64,000 nucleotides of DNA, taken from an uncultured virus (IMG/VR IMGVR_UViG_3300024351_000022). Taxonomy: Duplodnaviria; Heunggongvirae; Uroviricota; Caudoviricetes. Location of the stretch: the IMG/VR virus record IMGVR_UViG_3300024351_000022; one strand, given 5' to 3'. The notes under the pieces are model-generated. The model did no database searches. It saw only the letters and a list, made by a program, of their open reading frames with translations, and was not told the origin of the DNA. A program made the position numbers and the translations under genes. Of this stretch, positions 1 through 9,904 are shown one piece after another (the stretch's first letter is position 1; the number at the start of each line of letters is the position of its first letter).

Positions 1-505
1 GGACCGACTCCACCCGGCGAGCCACGACGCGAGAGGCAGCGGCCCACCACCGGGCGGGCGAGGACGAGCCCCGAGCCCCCGACAGCAGGCGAGGAGTGAG
101 ACCAGCCCACGCGGCTGCCGTCGCCCCCGCTACAATCGCCGCGATAGCGGCGGACTCATCCGCCTCCAAGGCGGCAGCCTCATCCCTCGCCGCGATAGCG
201 GCGGACTGTTTTTCCGACTCCTCAGCGGAGAGCGCTGGACCGAGGGGGAGCGGAGGGGCGGACCGTGCCGCCCCGTGCCCGCTGTCACGCGTGACGGCAT
301 GCGACCAGGAGACCACCGCGCCAGCGGTGAGCATGGTCCCCCGCCGCGCAGCGGCGCACGATTCGACGAGACAGGGAGCGGCGACGACCCCGCGCCGCAT
401 GCCGCCCGCTACAATCGCCCGAGCCCGCGCCCCGAGGTGGATTGACTCAGTACATTTTACGGCCTCCCATGAGGCCCCGACGGTGTTTTGTTGCAGTGTA
501 TTCAT
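1..505 (-). CDS. Hypothetical protein, truncated by the window edge
   Basis: ATG at 505, frame open to position 1 (MNTLQQNTVGASWEAVK...); operator-like site at 574-592 upstream. Confidence 0.45.
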   Translation of the reverse strand, partial: MNTLQQNTVGASWEAVKCTESIHLGARARAIVAGGMRRGVVAAPCLVESCAAARRGTMLTAGAVVSWSHAVTRDSGHGAARSAPPLPLGPALSAEESEKQSAAIAARDEAAALEADESAAIAAIVAGATAAAWAGLTPRLLSGARGSSSPARWWAAASRVVARRVESV

Positions 506-830
506 CGCTTAGTGCCGGTAGCCTACCGGCAAGAGCGGGTTAGCATCGATCGTGCCGCCTTGCAAGCTCTTTTTGTCCTGCCAAGCCGGACAATCACGCG
601 GCCCTCTATTCCGGGGCGGCCTGCCATGGCGGCGGCGGCGGCGGGGAGAGCCGACCAGGACCGCGCCAGCCTATCCGCTGGCGCGGCCGTGCCGAACGTT
701 CGGGCGGCGGCGGCGGGGGGTTTAGCGGGCTGGCCCGGTTCAAACTACAGGCGGCGGCGGCGGGGAGGGGTTTTTGACCGGCGGCCGGAGATTCGCAATC
801 ACCGGGACAGGAGGCGCAGATACACTCTCG

Positions 831-1325
831 TTACGCGAGTTTGGCAAGCGCCTGGAGGAGCGCCGCGATGGCGGCCTTCTTGGGGATCGTGCTGCCGCTG
901 ATCGCCTCGAATTCGGCGATGCTGGCGCGGAGCGACTCCTTGGCGGCCGTGGCGGCCGATTCCGTGGCATTGAACGCCTTGCGCGATTCGTCGTAGGCTG
1001 CCGCGAGAGAGGCGGGATTGATGCCCAGGGCGCGGGCTATCCGCTGGTTGATCTCCGACGTGTAGGATGATCGCTCCGGGCATCCCTCGGGCGTCCTGAG
1101 CCAGTTGAACAGTCGGGTGTGACCGAGAGGCGCGGAGGCGGTTGATGCAGCCTTGGCCAGGGCACGGATGCTCATCTCCTTCTCCATCATCCTGGAGGTG
1201 ATGAGGAGCTGCCACGGTGAGTGCGGCGGGACGGCGCGAGAGGGCTTTCCGCAGGGGGGCGCGGGTTTGCTACCGAGGGTGGATCTGACCACTGCGGGTG
1301 GTGCTCCGGGCTTGCGTGCTGGCAT
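831..1325 (-). CDS. XRE-like helix-turn-helix regulator
   Basis: MSIRALAKAAS...LGHTRLFNWL...RIARALGI pattern; TTGACG/TAGATA promoter-like sequence just upstream of the ATG. Confidence 0.65.
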   Translation of the reverse strand: MPARKPGAPPAVVRSTLGSKPAPPCGKPSRAVPPHSPWQLLITSRMMEKEMSIRALAKAASTASAPLGHTRLFNWLRTPEGCPERSSYTSEINQRIARALGINPASLAAAYDESRKAFNATESAATAAKESLRASIAEFEAISGSTIPKKAAIAALLQALAKLA

Positions 1326-1399
1326 GTAGCGGTATCTACCAGCAGGATGAGCGGCGTCAAGGATGTTCTGGCGGGCGGGACAAACGCCGGGGCGCGGGT

Positions 1400-1755
1400 T
1401 TGCGATGGTTCTTGCGACGGTCGGCCGGGATCGAGGAAATCATCGCAGGCCATCGAGCCTTACGGGCACGGGGGTTGGCGCGTGAGTCGTGCGATATTTG
1501 CGACGTTTGCGATGTTTTTTGGGCACCACTCTATGGGGAGGCTTGGGCGCAGGTGTCGCCCTCTGTGTTAATGCAGTCGGATTGCGTTTTTAGCCGTCGG
1601 GGAATTGGAGCGTGTAGGGGTATCCCGAAAACGTCGCAAACGTCGCAAACGTCGCAAGCTGTTATCTAAAATTCGTGTAAGTTTCTAAAAATAAATAGTA
1701 TCTGAAAAGCCTCATTCTTGCGACAGTCCTTGCGACGCATATTTTGCTATCGCAA
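1400..1755. other. Candidate replication origin (iterons plus AT-rich tract)
   Basis: Many TGCGA(C/T) repeats in both orientations, (ACGTCGCAA)x3 at 1631-1657, AT-rich 1660-1717; directly downstream of the primase-helicase. Confidence 0.6.
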
Positions 1756-1791
1756 AAATGCCCTCCCGGCAGGGTTGCCGAAAGGGCATTT
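1756..1791. terminator. Hairpin terminator after the primase-helicase gene
   Basis: AAATGCCCT...AGGGCATTT inverted repeat with A/T flanks. Confidence 0.55.
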
Positions 1792-1819
1792 CTTCAATCG
1801 AGTGGGAGGGTGGCGGGTG

Positions 1820-4800
1820 TCAGAAGGGGATCTGCTGGGTGGTCGCATGGATGCCCTCGGCGGTCTCGCCGTCTTGGGCGACGACCATGTCGTGCGGTGC
1901 CAGCTCGGCTTCGTAGATCGGGATGAAGATGGATCGGAGGTCTTCATCCATGCTCTTCCAATCGAGGACCCAGAGGCCGCGATGGCTGCCGTCCTTTGGG
2001 ATGCGGAAGCGGTGCTCGCGCTCTTTCTTTGATGGCTTGATCCAGTAGGTCTGGCTCTTGAGTTCACCCTGGATGTTGGATTGGGCGATGGGTGATCCGG
2101 AGCCTTCGCGGCGGCGGCGGTCCACCTGATAGTCGGAGAACAGCTCGGACGGGCGGATGACGACGACCAGGCGGCCGGTGTTAGTCATGAGGCCATCGGG
2201 GATGGGGGTGATCTTGAATCCGTCTTTGTGGGATCCGTCCATCTGGACGCGGAGGACGCGGATGTATTTCTCGGTGCCGGGGATGGATTTCCGGCTGATC
2301 ATGGTGACGCATTCCGAGAAGAAGCGGTTCCGGAAAACGTCCTTTTCAATCTCTGTGTTCGATTCCTCTCCGTGATTGATGAACCACTCGTTCATGGCGC
2401 GGAATTCGACAAAGTCGGGGTGATCTGTGGCGAGGGAGAGGGGTGAGTGCCCGTGCAGGATTTCGTAGGCGGCAGCAATAGCCCCGACAAACAGGCCGAT
2501 GTTTTCGCGGGCGCGTGAGGTGCTGATGCGGTCGATGACCTTGGGGTTCGACTTGAAGGCTCGCATGAACTCCAAGGCGATCCGGGAGAACTTCTTCCGC
2601 TCGCGAATGATGAGGCGGCCGATGCGGTGGTAGTCATCGGAGTCGCGCATCATGCGGTCGAAGCGCTGGTTCCGTTCGATTTCGCGGGCTTGGTCTCGCG
2701 CCGCCCGCTGGCTTTCCGTCTCGTTCTCCGGGATCTGTTGACCGTAGTGAGGGGCGGCGATGATCCGGATGTAGCGGGAGCGTAGGGCGGAATCGACGGC
2801 GCTGTCCTCGCCGGTGGTGATGGCTGGCGTCATGGGCGTCATGGCCCGGGTGAGCTTGCCGCCTTGTGGTGTGCCTTTGTGCTGGGTGAGTTCGTTGTAG
2901 GCGGAGATGAAAAGGTCGAGCATGCGGCTGTCGATCTTGTCATTTCGCCATTCGTCAATGTGGAGGGGGAGTCCGCAGAATCGAGTGAAGGCTCGTTCGA
3001 TCCCGACCTTAGTGGAGCCGAGGGAGATGGGGTCGTAGGAATGGAAACCAAGCAGGCGCATCCCGAATCCTGTGGTCTTGGTCTTACCGGAGCCCTTCTC
3101 GCCTTGGATCGAGATGGAGGGCTTGCCGAAGGCCGGCTTGGCCTCGGGGTGGGTGAGGTATTGGAGGATGCCTGCCACGAGGGCATAACCAGCGTAGCCG
3201 CCGAAGCTGGCCTTGAAGTCGCTGATGGCTGCCTTCCATATCGGCTGGGCATCCCGCTTTTCCTGTTCCCAATCGATATCGTTGAATGCTGCGCGGGGGT
3301 CTTTGGCTCCGGGGAACAGGGATGGTGGGGTGTGGGAGAAGTTGGCCATCACGTCAGAATTGCGGAATCCGCGGCCTTGATGCCACACGATCCCGTCCTT
3401 TTTCGGGAAGAGGAAGGTGCCGGGTTCCTCGCCTTTGCCGTCGGCGATGGCGCAATCGAGGAACAGGTAGAGCTTGTGGTCCTTGTTCCAGCCGTAGGTG
3501 TCGATCTCCGTGATCTCTCGCTGGTGGTTTTCGATGTCGATGTGGCGGACCCACTTGTCGCATTCATCTTGGTTTCCGGACCAGTGATAGCCGCCCATGG
3601 AAATGAAAAATTTCCGAAGCTCCTGCGAGCTGCTCATCCGGTCGGCTGGCATCTGGTAGGCGCGGGAGCGGCGGCCGTTGGCGTCGATGAAAGTGATAAG
3701 GCGATCCAGGCGCGGTTCGCCCTTGTCGTCGTAAGCGAGGATCTTGTATTTGGAAATCGCGGTGAAGTCGGTGAACGACTTGGGGAGTTTGTAGAGGATG
3801 GTGTAGGCGGCTTGCTTGGCGGCGCGATAGCGGCGGAGTTCGTTCTCATCCGCGTTCGGGTCTCCCTCAAGGGCGGCGATGTTTTCGTTGATGTCATCGA
3901 GGGCGGCGATGGCTCGCTTCTCCATGTCCTCGGATGGTGGCTTGATGATGTAGTAGCCGCCAAAGCATTTGCGGAGTTCTTGAGCGATCTTCTTGACCTT
4001 GAGGCGGTGCGCGTATTTCGCGTGGCACCAGTTTTCGATCTCACTCGCGATGGACAGCTCGGTCTTGCCGCCGACGAAAATGTCAGGCTCGTAGCGGAGA
4101 CGGTGGAGTGCCTGTTGGATGACATCTTCCTTGGGGTCAGGCTGGAATGTGCCCGCCTCAAATTGCAGTTGGCGCGGCGACGGCCGCATGGTGGCGTCCT
4201 TGCCGTGCCGTCTTTCAAGGAACTGGAGGAATTCATCCTTGGCGGCATCGATGCCATCGTTGATGCCGCGTTCGCGGACGTGGTATGCCAGCCGTGAGTC
4301 CCAATCTGCTTTGTTGTTTTCCCTCCAATGGTCGGGGAGGTTTCCCCATAGGGATGTGAAACCGGAGTCCTCCAGGCATTCGGCGGTGAAGCGGGCGAAT
4401 GTTTCGGTCTCGAACCGTTCGTGGAAGGGCTTGTGGCTCTTGTCCTCGTTATCGAAGACTACGAGGGTCATGCGGACATCCGCGTTGCGGAGGCATTCCA
4501 CGGTATCGGTGATGGCTTGGCGATGGCTCCGGTTTTGCAGGAAATAGTGGATGCCTTGGAAGTAGAGTCCGGGGACGCCGCAAATCGCGAGGGCCATGCC
4601 CTTGAACTCGCCCTCGCCGATGACGGCGTGGTGCTTCCATGTCTCCGCCCGTGGCATGCCCAGGAGGTGCTTGCCGTAGGGGATGCGGAGGTTGTTGTGG
4701 AGTTTCTCGTAGTGGTCGGCCACCTCCTCTTGTTCCCGCCAGCGGGAGTTGGAGAGGGATTTCTTGTGAGGGCGCAGCAATTCGATGCGCCCGTCTTCCG

Positions 4801-5509
4801 TGATGTAGGGGATGATGATGGTGGGCTGGGTGACCCAGCGCTTGTCGTCATCGTCAAAGAACCGTCCGCAGAGTGAGTCTGCGATGCGGAGGTCATTGGT
4901 CTTGCGGTCCCGGACTGCGATCCCGGAGCGAAGCAGCACGTTCGGCGGGAATTTATCCAAGATGGGAGTGAGGAGTTCCCGGTTGGCAGGGATGGCGCTC
5001 TTCAGGCCGAATGCCTCTTGCCAAGAGTCGGGCATGCCTCGTTTCTCCCTCGTCTCGGCTCGGTGCTCGTCGGTGAGGGTGAGAAGTGACCATGCTTCCT
5101 CGTAGGGATTTCGGCCGATGTCCGGTAGCTGGATGAATTTCGGCGTGTTGAATTCGTCCTCATGGTCTGCCTGTGTTTCATCGATCTCCGTCCAGAGGTG
5201 GCTCAGTCCGGAGGCGTCAAGCAGCTTGCGAATCGCCTCAGTCTCGGTGAGTTCATCATGGAGTGCGATGAAGGCGACTTCATCCAGCCAGCCAGCGGCC
5301 CGGCATTTGAGGTTCTGGCAGGAGCATCTCCATGCTGCGTCCTCATCTTGGGAGAAGAGCAGTGACTTGGGGGATTCGCAAAATGGGCAGTCCGCTCGCT
5401 GGTCTTCGCCGATGGTGTGCCCCCGCACTTGGAAGAGAGTTGGCAGCACGCCAGCTCGGGTATGGGTGGCCTGGCGGATGGCTTGGCGGAAATACTCGCG
5501 GGCTTTCAT
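1820..5509 (-). CDS. Primase-helicase (Zn finger, TOPRIM-like domain, P-loop ATPase)
   Basis: CPFC...CSC Zn finger; EGEFK and VVFDNED TOPRIM motifs; Walker A GEKGSGKT, Walker B LHIDE; start MKAREYF overlaps the upstream stop (ATGA). Confidence 0.88.
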   Translation of the reverse strand: MKAREYFRQAIRQATHTRAGVLPTLFQVRGHTIGEDQRADCPFCESPKSLLFSQDEDAAWRCSCQNLKCRAAGWLDEVAFIALHDELTETEAIRKLLDASGLSHLWTEIDETQADHEDEFNTPKFIQLPDIGRNPYEEAWSLLTLTDEHRAETREKRGMPDSWQEAFGLKSAIPANRELLTPILDKFPPNVLLRSGIAVRDRKTNDLRIADSLCGRFFDDDDKRWVTQPTIIIPYITEDGRIELLRPHKKSLSNSRWREQEEVADHYEKLHNNLRIPYGKHLLGMPRAETWKHHAVIGEGEFKGMALAICGVPGLYFQGIHYFLQNRSHRQAITDTVECLRNADVRMTLVVFDNEDKSHKPFHERFETETFARFTAECLEDSGFTSLWGNLPDHWRENNKADWDSRLAYHVRERGINDGIDAAKDEFLQFLERRHGKDATMRPSPRQLQFEAGTFQPDPKEDVIQQALHRLRYEPDIFVGGKTELSIASEIENWCHAKYAHRLKVKKIAQELRKCFGGYYIIKPPSEDMEKRAIAALDDINENIAALEGDPNADENELRRYRAAKQAAYTILYKLPKSFTDFTAISKYKILAYDDKGEPRLDRLITFIDANGRRSRAYQMPADRMSSSQELRKFFISMGGYHWSGNQDECDKWVRHIDIENHQREITEIDTYGWNKDHKLYLFLDCAIADGKGEEPGTFLFPKKDGIVWHQGRGFRNSDVMANFSHTPPSLFPGAKDPRAAFNDIDWEQEKRDAQPIWKAAISDFKASFGGYAGYALVAGILQYLTHPEAKPAFGKPSISIQGEKGSGKTKTTGFGMRLLGFHSYDPISLGSTKVGIERAFTRFCGLPLHIDEWRNDKIDSRMLDLFISAYNELTQHKGTPQGGKLTRAMTPMTPAITTGEDSAVDSALRSRYIRIIAAPHYGQQIPENETESQRAARDQAREIERNQRFDRMMRDSDDYHRIGRLIIRERKKFSRIALEFMRAFKSNPKVIDRISTSRARENIGLFVGAIAAAYEILHGHSPLSLATDHPDFVEFRAMNEWFINHGEESNTEIEKDVFRNRFFSECVTMISRKSIPGTEKYIRVLRVQMDGSHKDGFKITPIPDGLMTNTGRLVVVIRPSELFSDYQVDRRRREGSGSPIAQSNIQGELKSQTYWIKPSKKEREHRFRIPKDGSHRGLWVLDWKSMDEDLRSIFIPIYEAELAPHDMVVAQDGETAEGIHATTQQIPF

Positions 5510-5877
5510 GCTCTGCCCTCCCCTCCGTTCTTTTCTCTCATGAAGCGGTCGTAGGGGTGTTCGATGCCTGCGCGGCTCAGTAGGGTGCGGACGGCCTGGC
5601 GGTTGTCGCACCCGTGAAGGATGGAGATGAGGCCGATGGTGTCGCCGCCGGAGTTGGCTGGGCAGGAAGACTTGAAGCAGCGAAACGAGTCCTCGCTGAT
5701 GATCATCTTCTGCCGCCCCCCGCAGCATGGGCAGATCCTCGCATAGCGTTTGCCTGCTCCTGCGCCGGTGATCTCGGTGCCTTGTTCTTGCAAGATGGCG
5801 GGGACGGTGCAGCGGGCGGAGGACTTGGCGAGGGTGATGGCGTCGCGCAGCTCGTCCCGGTAGTCGTTCTGGCTCAT
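5506..5877 (-). CDS. CHC2-type primase zinc-finger protein
   Basis: CPCC...FRCFKSSC...GGDTIGLISILHG...QAVRTL. Confidence 0.8.
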   Translation of the reverse strand: MSQNDYRDELRDAITLAKSSARCTVPAILQEQGTEITGAGAGKRYARICPCCGGRQKMIISEDSFRCFKSSCPANSGGDTIGLISILHGCDNRQAVRTLLSRAGIEHPYDRFMREKNGGEGRA

Positions 5878-6080
5878 GCGTCGCCTCCTTTGTTTGGTGC
5901 CCTCATTGAGGATTCCACCACGGGAATGATGGTGGCGGGAAATGCCTTGCGTGTGCCGTCAATGGTGACGGGTTTGATGCGGCCTTCTTTGGTGAGGCGG
6001 GCAAGGCAGCGCCGCACTCCTGGCCGTGAGCGCTGGAGGCGTCGTGCGATCTCCCCCGCCGAGAGGAGTTCTGTTTTCAT
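5874..6080 (-). CDS. Small HTH DNA-binding protein
   Basis: LLSAGEIARRLQRSRPGVRRCL; ATGA coupling to the next gene. Confidence 0.7.
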   Translation of the reverse strand: MKTELLSAGEIARRLQRSRPGVRRCLARLTKEGRIKPVTIDGTRKAFPATIIPVVESSMRAPNKGGDA

Positions 6081-6232
6081 GGTGATTCGATTGCTTGGGA
6101 GGAGTTAAGTATCCAACGCGGAACTTGCAAGAATGTTCTGCCAAAAAGAACACTTTGACCAGGGGGGTGTCATGGTCTATCAAATCGCCGTGCTGAAACT
6201 CGTCACAAGAGTGGATGGTTGCTCCTTTGTTT

Positions 6233-6248
6233 TGTTCCACGTGGAACA
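6233..6248. promoter_or_regulatory. parS: Canonical chromosomal-type parS palindrome
   Basis: TGTTCCACGTGGAACA perfect 16-bp palindrome (18 bp with flanks). Confidence 0.6.
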
Positions 6249-6255
6249 ACAAGAA

Positions 6256-6801
6256 ATGGAGTGGGGCTATCGGTGGAGGATGGTCGGCGACTTTCCGCCC
6301 GCCTATCTGGCGTGGCGGTCACCAGTGAAAACAAGCGAATGGATTAAGGTGGTTCAGTGCGATGCTGAGGGGTGCCGGGTGGAAGTTGAGTGGCACGATG
6401 GCGATGGCGATTGGAAGATTCCGGAGCATGTGCAGTTTCAAAGGGGGCAAGCGGAATTCAAGGTGGAAGCCAAGGCGAACGTTCGGCACAAGGGTTTCCG
6501 ACATTCCGCTTTTGCGGTGGTCAGGGATTCCGGTGTGGCGAGGTTTGATTTCCGCGCTGTGCTGGACATGGTGGCGGGTGAGGTGCAAATCGTGAAGGGG
6601 GTCGCGGATGCGCCGTGCGTTGCCAACCTGCTGATTGAGCCGGGTGAGTTCCGTTGCGAACAGGAGGGGGTCGTGATCACAAACGTCAGTGCCTGTGTCG
6701 GCGCGTGGAAAGCAGATGCGCGAGCGCCAATGCTGCGGAAGGTAGAAAGCCGTGGCTTTGTCTATGCTAAGGGGAATGCGAAGGAGGTGAACGATGGCTG
6801 A
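6256..6801 (+). CDS. Hypothetical protein (start uncertain)
   Basis: ORF downstream of TTGACC-N17-TATCAA (6155-6183), overlapping the next gene. Confidence 0.55.
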   Translation: MEWGYRWRMVGDFPPAYLAWRSPVKTSEWIKVVQCDAEGCRVEVEWHDGDGDWKIPEHVQFQRGQAEFKVEAKANVRHKGFRHSAFAVVRDSGVARFDFRAVLDMVAGEVQIVKGVADAPCVANLLIEPGEFRCEQEGVVITNVSACVGAWKADARAPMLRKVESRGFVYAKGNAKEVNDG

Positions 6802-9800
6802 TATCGGAGGAGGAGCGATCAAATCGCAAAAAGCCACCAAGGCTTGGGGGGTAAATCCTGCCAGCGCCGAGGTGGAAGTGGTGATCGATGATCCGGGCTC
6901 CTTTGCGCTTGAGGAGGGCGACTACGTCGCGTTGCAATTTGGCGGCGTCTCAACGTTCTTTGGAATCATCTCGCGGATTGAGAGCTACGTCTCCGAGGGG
7001 TCGGGCATCATGGTCAAATTCACCCTTCTGGATAATCGGATACGGTTGCAATGGGGGGAAGTGTTCGGGGCGTGGAACATCGAGGACCAGCGAGGGAATG
7101 CCTCGGCTGGTCGGGCCACCGCCGGGGTGGCAAATATCGGATCGGACTCGGGATCTCCCCCGGTGAGTGAAAACGTGAATTTCGGTGAGACGCCGGGGCT
7201 TGGTGCTTCTTCTAATCCTGGATTGGCGGTGCCTGCGAATCCTCAATTGGGGAGGAGGAAATACCTGCACCAACCGCCGGAGATGACGGCATCCGGGATC
7301 TGGATTGAGACGGATGAGCCGTTGTCGGCGCGGCAAATTCTGAACTCAGCGTTTGCCGGGGCGTGGTCATCGTATTCATTCGCGAGGTCCTATCATTCAT
7401 CCATGGATTCGATTTACCCGCTGGGTATCGACGCCACCGATGGCATGAAGCTCCAGTCTCTGGTTGCGCAAATCAACGAGGCGTGCGGTCTGGAGGTTCG
7501 GCTGGAAGGTTCAAGGACGCTGGTATGGGGACGGAAGGGCGATGGATTGCTGCCGGTGATACCATCCGACCATGCTGGGACGAGGAGAGTGGGCAGGGCT
7601 CTTTCCGCCAATGACACGGCCGTAATGGTCATCGGGGATGCGAACGTGGTGCAGGTGCTCAATCTTGAGTTGGAGCCGGATTGGAATCGTGAGTTCGAGG
7701 CGTTCATCGACGAGGCTGCATGGGTCCGCGAAGTGGCGCGTGCATTTGAGTTGGAGACGGACACAAAAGCCAAGCGTGCTGAGCTGATGGCCAGGGCCAG
7801 GGAAGTGACGGTTCTCCAGTATGCGACTAAAGTGGAGGATGCTGCATTCATGGATTACGGGATGCTCGGGGCGTCAAGCCGCTTGCATGTGCCGGTGTGG
7901 ACTTACGTGCAGGAGTTGGTTTTCAGGTCCTACCGCATCCCTCGTGATTACGCCTTTGGGGGTGTGCCGTTATCATCCCTGCGTGTCGCTCCGAAAATCC
8001 TTTGCGGCACTGAGATATCGGGGACGGGGTTGAGCGCGAACCAGCGATATCGTCGGACATTTGAGGCGTTCTATCCGGATGCGCGGATGGAGGTGGTGGT
8101 GCGCGGTCAACCCTTGGATCTGGTGGATGGGCGATCCATCCAACTGTTTTCGGCGAGAAGGATCACCAATCTGCGTGATCAATGGGTGCCCTATCAGGAT
8201 TTTGAGTTTGACGATGCCACTATGGCCGTTCGCTTTCGCTCGCCGATTTTCCTGGATGGAGATCCGGCGCAGGACAAGGCGCTGTATTCTTTGGTGAATA
8301 AAGGGAAGGGTGGAGGGGTGGATGTGACGGCGGCGGTGCCGGAGAATTCGAGTTATCTGGATGTGGTGGTGCCAAACCCGGCGTATCAAATTGAACCTGC
8401 TGGGGTGAAAGTGTCGCTGGCGTGGGAGTTGGGCAAATACAGGAAGGTTCGAGGTTCCGGCAATCGGAGAGGGAAGCTGAAGGTTCCGGGTTTGAGCATG
8501 CACCTGCTGGATGTTTCGCAGGATTCCGGATATTCATCTTCGGCGGTGGCGACGGTCACGGGGAATCCGGCATTCCTCCCAGCTTCGGGAGGAGTGGAGA
8601 TGAAAGAGATCAAACTGGAGTCCGGGCTTACGGCAGGGGACACGGCGGATGCGGCATCCGATGGGGTGATTCAACTCCAGCCGGTGGAGGACGATGGCAG
8701 CTTCGAGCGGTTCGGCCAGGGAGGCATGGGTCTTTCAAATACGATTGACCGGGTCACGATTGAGATCGGCGATCAAGGATTGAAGGAGACGGTTGAGTTC
8801 ACAAAGGCGCGGCCTTCGGCGTCATTCATGGCGGAGCGCTTGGTGGCTCGCATTCAGAGGGCGGGTGAGTTGTTTCCGGGGCAAGCGGCATTGAAACGGC
8901 AGATTGATTCCTATCGGCTGGAGGCGAAGTTGCAGGCCGGGATGACTTCGACCAGGTCGCCTACGCACAAGAAAATGGGCGATGTTAATTCGGTGCCGAT
9001 TGGAGCGGAGATTCAGAGCACGGTGCAGCATGTCGATGAGCTTTCTGCCGCTCCGGAAGGTGGGTGGAAGGCGGGGCACGTGGTTTGGCTGGATGATCAA
9101 GGCAGGCCGTCCACGGCTGGCACGGTGTTTGGTGGGGTGCTCGTCTCGGAGCCGTCTGAGGCGGGGTCTGGGGAGGAGAAGGTGGTGCTGAATTGCGCCA
9201 CGGCGGGAACGGTGCCCGTGATCTGTGAGGCGGGGACGGTGGATCAGGTTTGGTGCGACAAGGGGAGTAGCTTCGGCAGGCAGGATGGAACCTATTTCCT
9301 TGGCGAGCTGCGGCACGCCGATGCGGTGCCGGATGTGCCGGAGGCGGTGGGGCCGGTTGTCCGGGCAATGGTCGCGCTTGGGTTTGGCGGGGGAGTGGCG
9401 GAGGAGCTGTGTGGTTTCCAGCAAATCCGCACGGGCGCGTCAGCGGGGGAGGGATCGGAGTCCTCTGGCGGTGACTGGCAGATCGTTGGCGGCACGGTCG
9501 TCGCCGGTCCTCGTGCATGGGGTGTGGATCCGCATGAGATCCTCACCACCGTAGATGGAAGGTTCCGCTATTTTCTGCGCGTCAGAGTCACGATCAACTC
9601 GAACGCTGGTGTGGCATGGCCTGGCATCGAGTCTTCCGAGGAACCGGAGTGGGAACGGGTGACGGCGTCTGCGGGCTACCCTGAATCCTTCCTGCCGACC
9701 AACGTGGAAAAAACAGGCGATGTCATCATTCCCTTGATGCTTCTGGAGATCGAGGATGGGGTTCCTCGTATCATCCAGCGGGAGGGAGTGTGTTCGCCCA

Positions 9801-9898
9801 TCGTTCTGGATCACTGCTTGGGCAAACTGATTTTCTTCGGCACGCCTCGCCTGATTGGCTCGTCTGTGATTATCGATGATGAATCCACGTCTGCGTAA
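6794..9898 (+). CDS. Putative tail/baseplate hub-like virion protein
   Basis: 1034 aa; N-terminal GDYVALQFGGVSTFFGIISRI...VKFTLLDNR is typical of tail hub proteins. Confidence 0.6.
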   Translation: MADIGGGAIKSQKATKAWGVNPASAEVEVVIDDPGSFALEEGDYVALQFGGVSTFFGIISRIESYVSEGSGIMVKFTLLDNRIRLQWGEVFGAWNIEDQRGNASAGRATAGVANIGSDSGSPPVSENVNFGETPGLGASSNPGLAVPANPQLGRRKYLHQPPEMTASGIWIETDEPLSARQILNSAFAGAWSSYSFARSYHSSMDSIYPLGIDATDGMKLQSLVAQINEACGLEVRLEGSRTLVWGRKGDGLLPVIPSDHAGTRRVGRALSANDTAVMVIGDANVVQVLNLELEPDWNREFEAFIDEAAWVREVARAFELETDTKAKRAELMARAREVTVLQYATKVEDAAFMDYGMLGASSRLHVPVWTYVQELVFRSYRIPRDYAFGGVPLSSLRVAPKILCGTEISGTGLSANQRYRRTFEAFYPDARMEVVVRGQPLDLVDGRSIQLFSARRITNLRDQWVPYQDFEFDDATMAVRFRSPIFLDGDPAQDKALYSLVNKGKGGGVDVTAAVPENSSYLDVVVPNPAYQIEPAGVKVSLAWELGKYRKVRGSGNRRGKLKVPGLSMHLLDVSQDSGYSSSAVATVTGNPAFLPASGGVEMKEIKLESGLTAGDTADAASDGVIQLQPVEDDGSFERFGQGGMGLSNTIDRVTIEIGDQGLKETVEFTKARPSASFMAERLVARIQRAGELFPGQAALKRQIDSYRLEAKLQAGMTSTRSPTHKKMGDVNSVPIGAEIQSTVQHVDELSAAPEGGWKAGHVVWLDDQGRPSTAGTVFGGVLVSEPSEAGSGEEKVVLNCATAGTVPVICEAGTVDQVWCDKGSSFGRQDGTYFLGELRHADAVPDVPEAVGPVVRAMVALGFGGGVAEELCGFQQIRTGASAGEGSESSGGDWQIVGGTVVAGPRAWGVDPHEILTTVDGRFRYFLRVRVTINSNAGVAWPGIESSEEPEWERVTASAGYPESFLPTNVEKTGDVIIPLMLLEIEDGVPRIIQREGVCSPIVLDHCLGKLIFFGTPRLIGSSVIIDDESTSA

Positions 9899-9904
9899 GA
9901 TGTC

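Noticed and set aside
5510..5728. N-terminal extension of the 1302-aa primase ORF
   Set aside because: Overlaps the zinc-finger gene; ATGA coupling at 5506-5509 marks the likely start
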